A stretch of DNA of 64,000 bases from an uncultured Gammaproteobacteria bacterium (GTDB lineage Bacteria > Pseudomonadota > Gammaproteobacteria > UBA6002): the NCBI GenBank assembly GCA_963705725.1, contig CAVPKM010000013.1, forward strand, positions 64,001 to 128,000, read 5' to 3'. Positions 31,815-41,971 of this stretch are shown here, piece by piece. How positions within the stretch are numbered: position 1 is the stretch's first letter; each line of letters opens with the position of its first letter. The translations under genes and the position numbers were made by a program. A model generated the notes under the pieces. It was not told the origin of the DNA and did no database searches. It saw nothing but the letters and a program-made list of their open reading frames with translations.

Positions 31815-32237
31815 CTAGTTTTTATTCCCCGCGAGCTTCATTAAAGCCGCCTTAAGTGAAGCATTTTCTATACTGGCGGCAGTTTCAGCAATGAGGTTAG
31901 CGCTGTATGGCGATAGGCTTTTTTTCTGGCGAATTAGGCTACTTCTTATCACTACCGGTATGATAATCTGATAACGAATCGATTCTAATGTCGAAAATTC
32001 ATCAAATTTAATCAAATAATTTTTAATTTCAGGTAGTTCAAAGCGAATACGCATTGCAAAGGAGGGAGTATAAATTTCAAAAACCAACTTCCCTTCTTCA
32101 AAGTTAGCAATTTGGCAATGATTCGCCAAATTAGGTCTGAATAATTTCCAGATGGCATTTAATTTTGCAAGCTGTTTACCTTTATCAGAAAAAGCTTTTA
32201 ATGGGCTGTCATTTAGAATTTCTTTAAAATTTTTCAT
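31815..32237 (-). CDS. DUF721/DciA family protein
   Basis: HCQIANFEEGKLVFEIYTPSFAMRIRF and ASLKAALMKLA; canonical antisense position between lpxC and secA. Confidence 0.8.
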   Translation of the reverse strand: MKNFKEILNDSPLKAFSDKGKQLAKLNAIWKLFRPNLANHCQIANFEEGKLVFEIYTPSFAMRIRFELPEIKNYLIKFDEFSTLESIRYQIIIPVVIRSSLIRQKKSLSPYSANLIAETAASIENASLKAALMKLAGNKN

Positions 32238-32326
32238 TGGGTAACACTACAGTATAATTCTAGGAGTAGTATAAATAGGGCTAATCCGTTATGCTATGGT
32301 AACTTATAGGTAACTATTTAGCACAG

Positions 32327-32455
32327 GTTGAAACGTCCATATTTTGCCATCTTCGAACAAAAAATTTAATTAAAACTGCTCACATACTTGAGTATTGCTC
32401 CGCTATTAATTAAATTTTTTGTCCGAATCTAGCTAAAATCTGAACGTTTAGCAAC
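32327..32455. repeat. Long palindromic element of about 130 bp (MITE/RPE-like)
   Basis: TTCGAACAAAAAATTTAATTAA vs TTAATTAAATTTTTTGTCCGAA (21/22), plus outer imperfect arms GTTGAAACGTCCATATTTT and AAAATCTGAACGTTTAGCAAC. Confidence 0.8.
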
Positions 32456-32523
32456 TTCAAGCATTTGTGCTGAACAGTTACACTTATAGTAGTTCCAAAA
32501 AAACCGTTGTAAAAGAAGTCATT

Positions 32524-35250
32524 ATGATCAATAAGTTATTGAGTAAAATTTTCGGCACGCGGAATCAGCGCCTTGTTAAAAAAATGAGAAAGGAAGTGCT
32601 GGCGATTAATCAGCTAGAATCAGACCTTTCCGCATTGACAGATGAACAGCTCAAGGCCAAAACAATTGAATTTCGCGATCGTTATCAAAAGGGTGAAACA
32701 TTAAATCAACTCATGCCAGAAGCGTTTGCAGTGGTGCGAGAAGCGAGTCGAAGAATCCTCAAATTACGTCATTTCGATGTGCAGTTAATTGGTGGAATGG
32801 TGTTGCATCAAGGAAAAATAGCTGAAATGCGAACGGGTGAAGGCAAAACATTAGTAGCCACGTTGCCAGCTTATCTCAACGCGCTAACAGGAAAAGGCGT
32901 TCATATTGTAACCGTTAATGACTATTTAGCTAAACGAGATGCAGAATGGATGGGACCACTTTATCAATTTCTTGGCTTAGAAGTTGGCATTAATCTAACT
33001 AATATGTCTTATGAAGAAAAGAAACAAGCTTATAGTGCTGATATCACCTATGGTACCAACAACGAGTTTGGATTTGATTATCTTCGAGATAATATGGCTT
33101 TTAGCTTAGATACCAGGGTTCAGCGAGAACTGGCTTTTGCTATTGTCGATGAAGTCGACTCAATCTTAGTGGATGAAGCACGAACCCCATTAATCATTTC
33201 AGGTCCAGCAGAAGAGAGTTCAGCGCTTTATGCGCAAATGGATGTACTTGTTCCAGCCCTTAAGCCTCAACAAAAAAAAGAGGGTCCAGGTGATTTTTCA
33301 TTAGATGAAAAAACTAAGCAAGTTTATCTGACTGAAGAAGGTCATCAGCATATCGAGTCGATCCTAGTTGAGGCAGGACTTTTACAGATTGGAGAAAGTC
33401 TTTACAGTGTAAACAATGTCATGCTTTTGCATCATCTTAATGCGGCGCTTCGTGCCCATTTTTTATATCACCGAGATGTCGATTATATTGTTAAAGACGG
33501 CAAGGCCATTATTGTTGATGAACATACCGGGCGCTTAATGGCTGGTCGTCGATGGTCCGATGGTCTTCATCAAGCGATAGAGGCAAAAGAAAAAGTTAAA
33601 ATTGAAAGCGAAAATCAGACCTTAGCCACCATCACTTTTCAAAATTATTTCAGGCTGTATAACAAACTATCTGGAATGACAGGGACGGCAGATACCGAAG
33701 CATATGAATTTCAGCAAATTTATGGTTTGGAAGTCGTGGTTATTCCTACTAATCAACTTGTTGTACGTCAAGATCATAGTGATCAAGTCTATTTAACCGC
33801 TGAAAGTAAATTTAATGCGATTATTGAAGGAATTAAGCAGCGGCATTTGAATCAGCAACCTGTGCTAGTTGGAACTGCTTCAATTGAAACCTCAGAATAT
33901 TTATCGGCAATGTTGAAAAAACAAAATGTTCCTCATCAAGTCTTAAACGCCAAATACCATGAACTCGAAGCGAAAATTATTGCTCAAGCAGGAAAGCCAA
34001 GTGCGGTCACCATTGCAACAAACATGGCTGGACGCGGGACAGATATTGTTCTAGGTGGAAGTCTTGAAGCTGAAATAGCGAATTTGAAAGATGCTACCGC
34101 TGAAAAAATCACTGCTTTGCAACAAAATTGGAAAAAAGACCATGAAATTGTAGTCAAATCAGGTGGGTTACACGTGTTGGGAACAGAACGGCATGAATCA
34201 AGACGAATTGATAACCAATTGCGCGGTCGTTCGGGACGGCAAGGAGATCCTGGTTCTTCACAATTTTATCTGTCGCTTGAAGATAACCTCATGAGAATTT
34301 TTGCTCCAGAACGATTTTCAACGGTGATGCGTCGTCTGGGTATGCAAGAAGATCAGCCAATTGAATCAGCGCTGGTCACGCGAGCAATTGAAAATGCGCA
34401 GAGAAAGGTGGAAGGCCACAATTTTGATATGCGAAAACAGTTGTTACAATTTGATGATGTAGCAAATGACCAAAGAAAAGTCATTTATCATCAGCGTCAT
34501 GAATTAATGGCTGCTGAGGATATTTCAGAGAACATTTTTGGCTTGATTGAAGATGTCATGCAAGCCACCCTCGATAACTATATCCCACCCCAAAGCTTAG
34601 AAGAGCAATGGGACGTAGCGGGGTTAGAGCAGCTTTTAATGAAAGATTTTGGTTGTACATTTTCAATTCAAGAACAGCTAGATAAAAATGAGAATTTATA
34701 TGAAGAAACATTAAAAGAACAAATTATTAATGAAGTAAAGCGAATTTATCAACGAAAGGAAGAGCAGTTAGGGCCGCTTGTTATCAGGCAACTTGAAAAA
34801 TCTATTATGCTTCAAAGCCTTGATTCTCATTGGAAGGAGCACTTGGCTGCTATGGATCATCTCAGACAAGGCATCCACCTTCGAGGCTATGCTCAAAAAA
34901 ATCCTACGCAAGAATACAAGCGCGAATCTTTTGAAATGTTTACTGAAATGCTAAATAGCATTAAATATACCGTGATCAGCACCTTATGTTTAATCAATGT
35001 GCATACCGAGCAGGATATTGAAGTGGTAGAAAGAAGAAGACGTGAGTTAGCAAGTCTCGATAATGCTGAATTCCGTCATTCAATAATGGCTTCAGCGCTG
35101 GATTCTCAATCGGGAGAAGAAGAGTTTGAGCCTGCTGAATTAGCGGTAGTAGAGACTTTTACCCGTTCAGGACCAAAAGTAGGTCGTAATGAACTCTGTC
35201 CCTGTGGATCTGGTAAAAAATATAAACATTGTCATGGTCAAGTCAATTAG
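32524..35250 (+). CDS. secA: Preprotein translocase ATPase SecA
   Basis: [32 protein letters not shown] motif [19 protein letters not shown]. Confidence 0.98.
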   Translation: MINKLLSKIFGTRNQRLVKKMRKEVLAINQLESDLSALTDEQLKAKTIEFRDRYQKGETLNQLMPEAFAVVREASRRILKLRHFDVQLIGGMVLHQGKIAEMRTGEGKTLVATLPAYLNALTGKGVHIVTVNDYLAKRDAEWMGPLYQFLGLEVGINLTNMSYEEKKQAYSADITYGTNNEFGFDYLRDNMAFSLDTRVQRELAFAIVDEVDSILVDEARTPLIISGPAEESSALYAQMDVLVPALKPQQKKEGPGDFSLDEKTKQVYLTEEGHQHIESILVEAGLLQIGESLYSVNNVMLLHHLNAALRAHFLYHRDVDYIVKDGKAIIVDEHTGRLMAGRRWSDGLHQAIEAKEKVKIESENQTLATITFQNYFRLYNKLSGMTGTADTEAYEFQQIYGLEVVVIPTNQLVVRQDHSDQVYLTAESKFNAIIEGIKQRHLNQQPVLVGTASIETSEYLSAMLKKQNVPHQVLNAKYHELEAKIIAQAGKPSAVTIATNMAGRGTDIVLGGSLEAEIANLKDATAEKITALQQNWKKDHEIVVKSGGLHVLGTERHESRRIDNQLRGRSGRQGDPGSSQFYLSLEDNLMRIFAPERFSTVMRRLGMQEDQPIESALVTRAIENAQRKVEGHNFDMRKQLLQFDDVANDQRKVIYHQRHELMAAEDISENIFGLIEDVMQATLDNYIPPQSLEEQWDVAGLEQLLMKDFGCTFSIQEQLDKNENLYEETLKEQIINEVKRIYQRKEEQLGPLVIRQLEKSIMLQSLDSHWKEHLAAMDHLRQGIHLRGYAQKNPTQEYKRESFEMFTEMLNSIKYTVISTLCLINVHTEQDIEVVERRRRELASLDNAEFRHSIMASALDSQSGEEEFEPAELAVVETFTRSGPKVGRNELCPCGSGKKYKHCHGQVN

Positions 35251-35254
35251 TGAT

Positions 35255-36163
35255 ATGGTGAGTGAAAAAAATTATATTGAAGTAGCGGTAGGCATAGTTA
35301 GGGACTCAGCAGGGCAACTTCTCGTTGCCAAGCGCCCAGACCATTGGTTAGGTGGAGGATTTTGGGAGTTTCCAGGCGGAAAAGTGGAAATTGACGAAAC
35401 CATCGAATGTGCCTTGAAACGGGAATTATGGGAGGAGGTTGGCATCACCGTGGATGTTTGTTCTCCACTTATTAATATTGTTTATGAATATCCCGAAAGA
35501 AAAATTGCTTTATATGCATGGACAGTAAGTAAATTTTCAGGACAAGCAATTGGACGAGAAGGACAACAAATTAGTTGGCAAAGCCCTCAAGCCTTGAATG
35601 ATTTAACCATGCTACCCGCAAATCGGGCAATTATGATTGCAACCCAGCTACCCGATATTTACCCAGTCACCCCAGATTTTGAAAGTATCAAGGCTTTCTT
35701 AGCTAAGCTTGAAGCAGTACTGCTTCATAATCCATTAACATTGCTTTTATTTCAGGCTAATCATTTATCAAAACAACAATACACTTCTTATGCCAAAGAA
35801 GTGGCAGCAATTTGTAAAAACAGCCAGACCGAATTAATTTTAACGCATCCCGAGCTACTTTCTATTATTGATACAATAGATTCAGAGGGTATTCAACTGA
35901 GTGCTGCGCAGCTTCATCAGTTAGCACAACGCCCATTGCCTAAAAATAAAAAAGTGGGTGCAGTTTGCTGCAATCAGGAGGAAATTTTAAAAGCTGAAAT
36001 AATTAATTTGGATTTTTTAGTATTAACCGCAACAAACGAAGATGCTAGTTCATTGATAAAAATCGCTAACTTGCCAAGCTACGTAGCAGGAATATTCGAA
36101 ACCAAAGACCTTAATCAAATCAAAAGCTATGGTGCGCAAGGGATGACGGCTTTAGCCTGGTAG
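35255..36163 (+). CDS. mutT: 8-oxo-dGTP diphosphatase MutT fused to a degenerate thiamine-phosphate-synthase-like domain
   Basis: Nudix box WEFPGGKVEIDETIECALKRELWEEVGI; C-terminal TMP-TENI-like half (LLFQA, GIQLSAAQL, LDFLVL, GAQGMTAL). Confidence 0.88.
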   Translation: MVSEKNYIEVAVGIVRDSAGQLLVAKRPDHWLGGGFWEFPGGKVEIDETIECALKRELWEEVGITVDVCSPLINIVYEYPERKIALYAWTVSKFSGQAIGREGQQISWQSPQALNDLTMLPANRAIMIATQLPDIYPVTPDFESIKAFLAKLEAVLLHNPLTLLLFQANHLSKQQYTSYAKEVAAICKNSQTELILTHPELLSIIDTIDSEGIQLSAAQLHQLAQRPLPKNKKVGAVCCNQEEILKAEIINLDFLVLTATNEDASSLIKIANLPSYVAGIFETKDLNQIKSYGAQGMTALAW

Positions 36164-36202
36164 TGCAAAGAAAATTTACAATAAAAATTTTGGAGATCCA
36201 AT

Positions 36203-37954
36203 ATGAAAAAAATGCCAGAATTATTTAAAAAAACCGCCGTCATTGCAAAAGAATTGAACGCTCGTTTTATCAATTGTAACCGTGTGTTTGCTATTCCCAA
36301 TCAGCAATTTTTAGACCAGTGTGAGAAAGTAGAGATTTTGCAGGCCATCTACCATCTGCATAGTGAAGAAAAAGATACCCATGCGAGTTTATCTCTTTTT
36401 TCTTATCTATTGTCTATATCGCATCCATTGGCAAAATTTATGTCAGCAGATGAGGGTCTTCCATACGAAACGATAAAAAATCTCTTAAAATGCTATCACT
36501 TACAAAATTCTCATTGGCAACTACAGTTAGCTGATTTTTTTTATGCAATTCATGCTTACCACGAAGCCGTTGAAGCTTATGAATATGCCTTGAAGCTAGA
36601 GGCCCCATTATCTTTCAGTGCATTTAAAAAATTAGGTCTAGCCTGTGTAACGGTAAAGGAATTTTCAAAAGCACAGACTTATTTTCAGAAGGCACTAGAT
36701 TTACCGATAACGGATTGGCATACCTATCACGATATAGAGAGATGGATTAAAGAAGCTGCTGATCAAGAAGCGTTGAAAAATGAGGGGAGTCATTCTTCCA
36801 CAACATCCAGCGAGGAGATATCGCAAGATAAAAGTTCAGCTGGAAATTATATATTAGATGATCTAGAGGCCATGGATAACCTGGATGTAGCAGATTCTTA
36901 TGTTCAAGCTAAAGGATATGAGGAAGCCATTCTACTCTATAAATATTGTGCATTTGATACAAATGAAGAGTATACCCTTAAGGAACAAATTAGGGCACAT
37001 ATTAGCTTAGGGGATGTTTATTCTCGTTTGGAAAATATAGAAGGGGCAAGATTATCTTATGGTTATACTATTTTAAAATTCAGCCAAGCATGTAGGCACA
37101 TAAGATCCGATAATCATTATCGCTATATTGTCGATGATGCAGAGCTCGAATTATTAAATCAAGATTATCGATGTTTTCTAGAGAGTAAAACACCGGATGA
37201 AATTTATTATTCCATTTTGAGCTTGCTATACAATGAAATGATCAGCTTGTTTCAATTATCCATAAATGAAAATATTACACTAGGATCTTACTTGCTCGGT
37301 CAAGCAAGCGAATCGTTCAAAAATGGAATCATCGAGGAGATTAAAGAACATCTAGAAAGATATTATTTGGTTCAGGGAGTAAGTGAGACAGACCTTGAAA
37401 AAGCTGAACATTATTTTATGTTGGCTAATGAACTCGATCGAAAAGACTCAGCAAGACACCTAAAATGCGGTGATTATTATTCTGAGCTTTATCAAAAAAA
37501 TTCGGATGGCTATTGCTTATATCAGGCAAAGCAATATTATTTACAGGCTTTCAAGGCGAACCCTGATTGCGGGGTGACAAATAATAGATTAGCAAATTTA
37601 TACAGCACACAGAATGAAGTTGGATTAGCTATTTTACATTATTGCTACTCATTAGGTATCAATCCCACCGACGAGGTAGTGCAATATCGTTTAAAAAAAT
37701 TGTTAAAGCAATTAAGTCGCAGTGAAATTGAATCCGCGATTACTGCGCTACCTAATCAGATTGATCGAAATTTTTTAATCAACCTAGGTAAAGTAAGTGG
37801 AACGCTTCTCCATGCCAGGCTAAAAGAAGGCGGTTTTTTTGAAAAGCTTGGGCACAAGATTACAACATTTTTCGAGGACGATGACGGAGCTGCGCCACTC
37901 AATCCATTAGATCAGAACCTAGAAGAGGGTTCCGATCAGCGATTTTCTCAATGA
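36203..37954 (+). CDS. Tetratricopeptide-repeat protein (effector-like)
   Basis: Repeated TPR-like helices (YHEAVEAYEYALKL, KKLGLAC...KAQTYFQKALDL, AKQYYLQAFKANP, AILHYCYSLGINP); acidic C-terminus. Confidence 0.75.
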   Translation: MKKMPELFKKTAVIAKELNARFINCNRVFAIPNQQFLDQCEKVEILQAIYHLHSEEKDTHASLSLFSYLLSISHPLAKFMSADEGLPYETIKNLLKCYHLQNSHWQLQLADFFYAIHAYHEAVEAYEYALKLEAPLSFSAFKKLGLACVTVKEFSKAQTYFQKALDLPITDWHTYHDIERWIKEAADQEALKNEGSHSSTTSSEEISQDKSSAGNYILDDLEAMDNLDVADSYVQAKGYEEAILLYKYCAFDTNEEYTLKEQIRAHISLGDVYSRLENIEGARLSYGYTILKFSQACRHIRSDNHYRYIVDDAELELLNQDYRCFLESKTPDEIYYSILSLLYNEMISLFQLSINENITLGSYLLGQASESFKNGIIEEIKEHLERYYLVQGVSETDLEKAEHYFMLANELDRKDSARHLKCGDYYSELYQKNSDGYCLYQAKQYYLQAFKANPDCGVTNNRLANLYSTQNEVGLAILHYCYSLGINPTDEVVQYRLKKLLKQLSRSEIESAITALPNQIDRNFLINLGKVSGTLLHARLKEGGFFEKLGHKITTFFEDDDGAAPLNPLDQNLEEGSDQRFSQ

Positions 37955-38112
37955 TAATGGTCAGAAGGGGCTGGCTCAACAATACAATGCTTTTCATTTA
38001 GCCAGTCGCCGAGGTCAATCAAGCGACATTGTTCACTACAGAAAGGTCGAAATGGATTGGTTTCATTCCAAATACTTTCATTCAAACAGGTGGGACAGGT
38101 TAATTTTTTCAT
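37948..38112 (-). CDS. yacG: DNA gyrase inhibitor YacG
   Basis: Manual translation MKKLTCPTCLNESIWNETNPFRPFCSEQCRLIDLGDWLNEKHCIVEPAPSDHYH*; below the ORF track size cutoff. Confidence 0.93.
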   Translation of the reverse strand: MKKLTCPTCLNESIWNETNPFRPFCSEQCRLIDLGDWLNEKHCIVEPAPSDHYH

Positions 38113-38122
38113 AGGCGCGTAC

Positions 38123-38899
38123 TTAGATTGAACAGCAGGTTAATTTAAATTTAACATCATAATCGCATTGCTTGGATCTGCCTAAATTATGGCAATTAAG
38201 TTCGTAAAATCTGACCGATAACCTAGGTTTGCCTGCACTTATCTCTGTAAATAAATTTGCATCAACAGGTATGCCAACCCTAACCATTTCGTAAGAGGCA
38301 TTGGGGTTTAATCCTTGCTGATAAAATCCTTTGTCAGCATATTTTTCTATTGACACCGCGCTTTCTCTTGTTAGTTTTAGCAATAAACCTACCACTTCTC
38401 TTATTTCGCTTAATTCTTCAAACCAAATTTTTATATCTGGGAGTCGATCATTATTAATTTTTTGAAGCCATAGTTGAAATGCCGGATTACTAAAATTGAC
38501 AGCTCCACCTGGGTTGTAGAGGTGCTGGCGAATGGTATTCAAGAATTCGTTGTTTCGAAGATTTTGGCCAATTTTTCCTTGGGTGGCATAGAGCTGATCA
38601 ATCAAACGATCTAAATCGTTAAGTATTATTTTTAATTTGTGGTGATCTACCTGTGGCAAAACTTCTAGTTGAGTGAGAGTGGCAGCGTGTTGCGTTAATG
38701 CCTTAGTGAGTTTAGTCTTGAGATCTGGTCTATCAATCACATTCACGGTCTCAAGCAACGCGATAATTGCAGATCTGCTACTCCATTCATTCTCATTATT
38801 CATGTTGGCCATGATTTGGGAAAAAAGATGTTCTAGTCGCAAGCATACACGGATATGCTCGTTTAAGGGCTGCTCATAAATAATCATCTGATCTTGCAT
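38123..38899 (-). CDS. zapD: Cell division protein ZapD
   Basis: YEQPLNEHIRVCLRLEHLF, DRPDLK, EISAGK.RLSVRF. Confidence 0.93.
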   Translation of the reverse strand: MQDQMIIYEQPLNEHIRVCLRLEHLFSQIMANMNNENEWSSRSAIIALLETVNVIDRPDLKTKLTKALTQHAATLTQLEVLPQVDHHKLKIILNDLDRLIDQLYATQGKIGQNLRNNEFLNTIRQHLYNPGGAVNFSNPAFQLWLQKINNDRLPDIKIWFEELSEIREVVGLLLKLTRESAVSIEKYADKGFYQQGLNPNASYEMVRVGIPVDANLFTEISAGKPRLSVRFYELNCHNLGRSKQCDYDVKFKLTCCSI

Positions 38900-38948
38900 G
38901 GGTTTAATAGCCTGTAAAGGTTGGTGGCATTATTCATTTAATCATAAC

Positions 38949-39839
38949 TCATTTTCTAGGTCGATCAAGAGCAAGACAAACGAGTCCTGTCAAGATACAT
39001 GCCAAAGATATAAAAATATATAAGGAAAGGGGTTCATTAAGCCACCATGCAGAAGCGAGTAGCCCCAACACTGGCACGCCAAGTAAGAGGAGAGAAGTAT
39101 TGATCACAGGTAGCCGTTGAGTGATAAAAATACAAGCAGCATAAGCAAAACCTGTTGCAAAAAGGCCGTTAAACAGCATCATTGTAATTAATTGACGCGT
39201 CCAAATAATCTTAGGGTGTGGATCAATAATCAGGCAACTTATCAAGACAAAGACGGTGGCTAATAAAAGTTGCCAGGGAATAAGTTTGTAAGAAGAGGTA
39301 TGCCACACGCCATAACGCGTATGCAACATGGCGATAGCCCAGCAAGCGGCGGCGAGGAGTAGCAGTCCGTTTCCAATTAAGGCTTTTTCATTATGCCAAT
39401 CAAAACTCCAAGGATTGAAAAGAATCAAAATACCGGCAAATCCCAGTATCAATCCCAATAATTTAGGTAATGAATATTTTTCCTTAAAATATAGAATTGC
39501 AATGGGCGCAACCAAGAAAGGGGTAGAATAAACTAAAATAGCAGCACGACCCGCGTTGACCAGCAAGAGACCGCCATTTAAAAAAATTAAAAAACAGGCC
39601 ATTTGTAACAGGCCAATGGATAAAATGAAGGGTAAATCTTTCTTTTTAGGAAGGGCGATTTGTTTTTGAAAAGCGAGCAGAAAAAAAACTGTCACAAAAC
39701 CAATACATAGCCGCGCAAGCGTAAACCACATCGGTGGCATATCCGCTAACGCAATTTTACTAGTCGGCCATGAAATCGCCCAAACCACGACAGTGGCAAT
39801 CAATAAACCGTAAGTGAGTATATTTTTAGAATCATTCAC
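38949..39839 (-). CDS. EamA/DMT family transporter
   Basis: About 10 TM segments; VWAISWP, AGRAAILVYSTPF, LLGVPVLGLL...LNEPLS. Confidence 0.9.
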   Translation of the reverse strand: MNDSKNILTYGLLIATVVVWAISWPTSKIALADMPPMWFTLARLCIGFVTVFFLLAFQKQIALPKKKDLPFILSIGLLQMACFLIFLNGGLLLVNAGRAAILVYSTPFLVAPIAILYFKEKYSLPKLLGLILGFAGILILFNPWSFDWHNEKALIGNGLLLLAAACWAIAMLHTRYGVWHTSSYKLIPWQLLLATVFVLISCLIIDPHPKIIWTRQLITMMLFNGLFATGFAYAACIFITQRLPVINTSLLLLGVPVLGLLASAWWLNEPLSLYIFISLACILTGLVCLALDRPRK

Positions 39840-40050
39840 GAAGAGTCTGTTCCCTTGCAATGGACCTTCCCACAAAGGCGCCGCTTACCGCACCAACTAC
39901 TGTACCCGCTGTGCTGCCTCTTGTTATTGCGCTTCCTGCAAGACCACCGATTATTCCTCCTGCCGCTAATCCCGTATCGCTATTTGAAGCGCAAGCACTT
40001 AGCATAAAAGAGAATAATAAAATGCTGGTTACTTTAATTCGATTAGACAT
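39832..40050 (-). CDS. Small glycine-zipper lipoprotein
   Basis: Lipobox LSAC followed by GLAAGGIIGGLAGSAI...GTVVGAVSGAFVG. Confidence 0.85.
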   Translation of the reverse strand: MSNRIKVTSILLFSFMLSACASNSDTGLAAGGIIGGLAGSAITRGSTAGTVVGAVSGAFVGRSIAREQTLRE

Positions 40051-40069
40051 AATTTTTCCTTTACGAGCA

Positions 40070-40669
40070 TTAAAATCCTGTAGGTTTCATCTGACTATAT
40101 TTTAAGTGTAAACTAAAAACTTGTTTTTTCAGCTCATTTAATCCCTTTGTATTTAAAATTATCTCATCAGCAGCCATCAGCCGCTCTTCTCTAGTAGCTT
40201 GTGCGGCTATTATTTTATATGCAATTTCTTGATTAATGTGATCACGTTTCATTATGCGGTTAAGCTGCGCTTCAACTGGTGCGTCAACGACAAGGATACG
40301 ATCAACTAAATCATAAGCATTGGTTTCAATTAATAAGGGAATAACAATAATACAATAAGGGAAATTATCCTCTAGTTGTTCTTGAATTTGTTTGTTGATT
40401 AATGGATGTAATAAATTTTCTAACCAGCATTTCTCTGTGGGATTAGTGAATATTATTTCACGCAGTTTTCTGCGATTAATCTGCCGATCGATTTCTAAAA
40501 TTGCTTCACCAAATCGATTCAGAATTTGAAAGTAGGCAGGTTGGGGATAAACTGTCAGTGCCTTTGCTATCTCATCTGCATCAATAATCTTAGCCCCCAA
40601 CGCTTGAAAAAAACTAGCAGCCAGGCTTTTCCCGCTGCCAATACCACCGGTAAGACCTATGGTTAACAT
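40070..40669 (-). CDS. coaE: Dephospho-CoA kinase
   Basis: IGLTGGIGSGKS, IDADEIA, LLHPLI, IPLLIE. Confidence 0.96.
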   Translation of the reverse strand: MLTIGLTGGIGSGKSLAASFFQALGAKIIDADEIAKALTVYPQPAYFQILNRFGEAILEIDRQINRRKLREIIFTNPTEKCWLENLLHPLINKQIQEQLEDNFPYCIIVIPLLIETNAYDLVDRILVVDAPVEAQLNRIMKRDHINQEIAYKIIAAQATREERLMAADEIILNTKGLNELKKQVFSLHLKYSQMKPTGF

Positions 40670-41532
40670 AGCACATCACTTTTTGTCATCAGGCAAAGAA
40701 AACCAGAAAGGGCAAGAAATGGGCCAAATGGAATCGGGGTTGTTAGACGTTTTTTGTGTGTGATGAGATAGATCAAGCCTATCGCTAAGCTAACAAGTGA
40801 TGAACTAAGCATTAAAATAGGTAGCGTTTGCCAACCAAACCAAGCCCCAAGCGCAGCAATGAGTTTGAAATCTCCTTGGCCTAGCGCTGTTATTTTCCGT
40901 ACTTTCAAAAAAACAAATGTGATCAAGTAACAGGCGCCATACCCACAAATCGCGCCAAGTATGGCATCTTGCAATCGAGTAAAGTGGTAAAAAACATTAA
41001 AAATTATGCCTAGCCAAAGAAGGGACAAAGTAAGTTCATCCGGAAGTATCAACGAATTCAAATCAATAAAAAAAAGTGCAATTAGGGCCCAAGTTAGTAA
41101 TAAAGTAGGCAGCAATATTGCGGTAAAACCAAAGTGTTGTGCAACAAGCCAGCTAGCTATAGCAGATAAAATTTCAACGATAGGATATTGAATAGCTAGC
41201 TTTTTTTTGCAACAGGTTGATTTCCCACCTTGTAGCACGTAGCTAATAAGAGGAATATTTTGACCTAACTGAAGCTTAGTTTTACAGTGCTGGCAAAAAG
41301 AACCTGGCCGTAATAAGCTGAGTGGCTGCAAAGCCTTAAGGGGAATTCGCAAGATTTGACTCGCTGCCGCTTGGTTAGCATTTTCAATCATGATTGGCAG
41401 GCGATAAATAACCACATTTAAGAAACTGCCCACCATTAATCCAAGTAAACAAGTGATGGAAAGAAGCAGCCATTTTTGGGTCAATAAAAATTGCGAAGCT
41501 TCCATCAGACAGTACCTTTCAATGCAAGACAT
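40663..41532 (-). CDS. pilD: Prepilin peptidase/N-methyltransferase (start uncertain)
   Basis: GSFLNVVIYRLP, SFCQHC, NIPLISY, IDL...LPDELT, LGQGDFKL, IPFGPFL. Confidence 0.93.
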   Translation of the reverse strand: MSCIERYCLMEASQFLLTQKWLLLSITCLLGLMVGSFLNVVIYRLPIMIENANQAAASQILRIPLKALQPLSLLRPGSFCQHCKTKLQLGQNIPLISYVLQGGKSTCCKKKLAIQYPIVEILSAIASWLVAQHFGFTAILLPTLLLTWALIALFFIDLNSLILPDELTLSLLWLGIIFNVFYHFTRLQDAILGAICGYGACYLITFVFLKVRKITALGQGDFKLIAALGAWFGWQTLPILMLSSSLVSLAIGLIYLITHKKRLTTPIPFGPFLALSGFLCLMTKSDVLC

Positions 41533-41597
41533 ATAGGTTTAATAAAGATAACTGATATAAAAAATCAGTCAACCTGATAAAAAACCCGGTAACTAAT

Positions 41598-41626
41598 TTG
41601 CATTCCCTATGAATGTTTTCTATACT
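41598..41626 (+). promoter_or_regulatory. Sigma70-like promoter of tRNA-Thr
   Basis: TTGCAT-17 nt-TATACT, 10 nt upstream of the tRNA. Confidence 0.65.
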
Positions 41627-41636
41627 CGCTCCTCTC

Positions 41637-41712
<76 letters not shown>

Positions 41713-41756
41713 GGTAAATTAAGGCTTATCGGTGACTAATGCTCATTCCTTTACCT

Positions 41757-41816
41757 TGCCGAAGCCTGCCGAAGCTTGCCGAAGCCTGCCGAAGCTTGCC
41801 GAAGCTTGCCGAAGCC
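41757..41816 (+). repeat. Tandem repeat, 6 x 10 bp TGCCGAAGC(C/T)
   Basis: Directly visible about 45 nt downstream of the tRNA. Confidence 0.95.
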
Positions 41817-41971
41817 TTATTTCTTTTTAATATACCACCTTCGTGCTGTGGTCTGACCAAGGGCATCAACAGCTAAGCGCCACTGTCTTTTAAATTAAAA
41901 GGACGTGGAGTCCTGGTCATCCATGATGATGTCGAACTAAGATTCACTTAACTGGGTTTTCAAATTAATTA

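Noticed and set aside
35255-36163. MutT-ThiE-like fusion as a novelty
   Set aside because: This fusion next to secA is already known in several Proteobacteria
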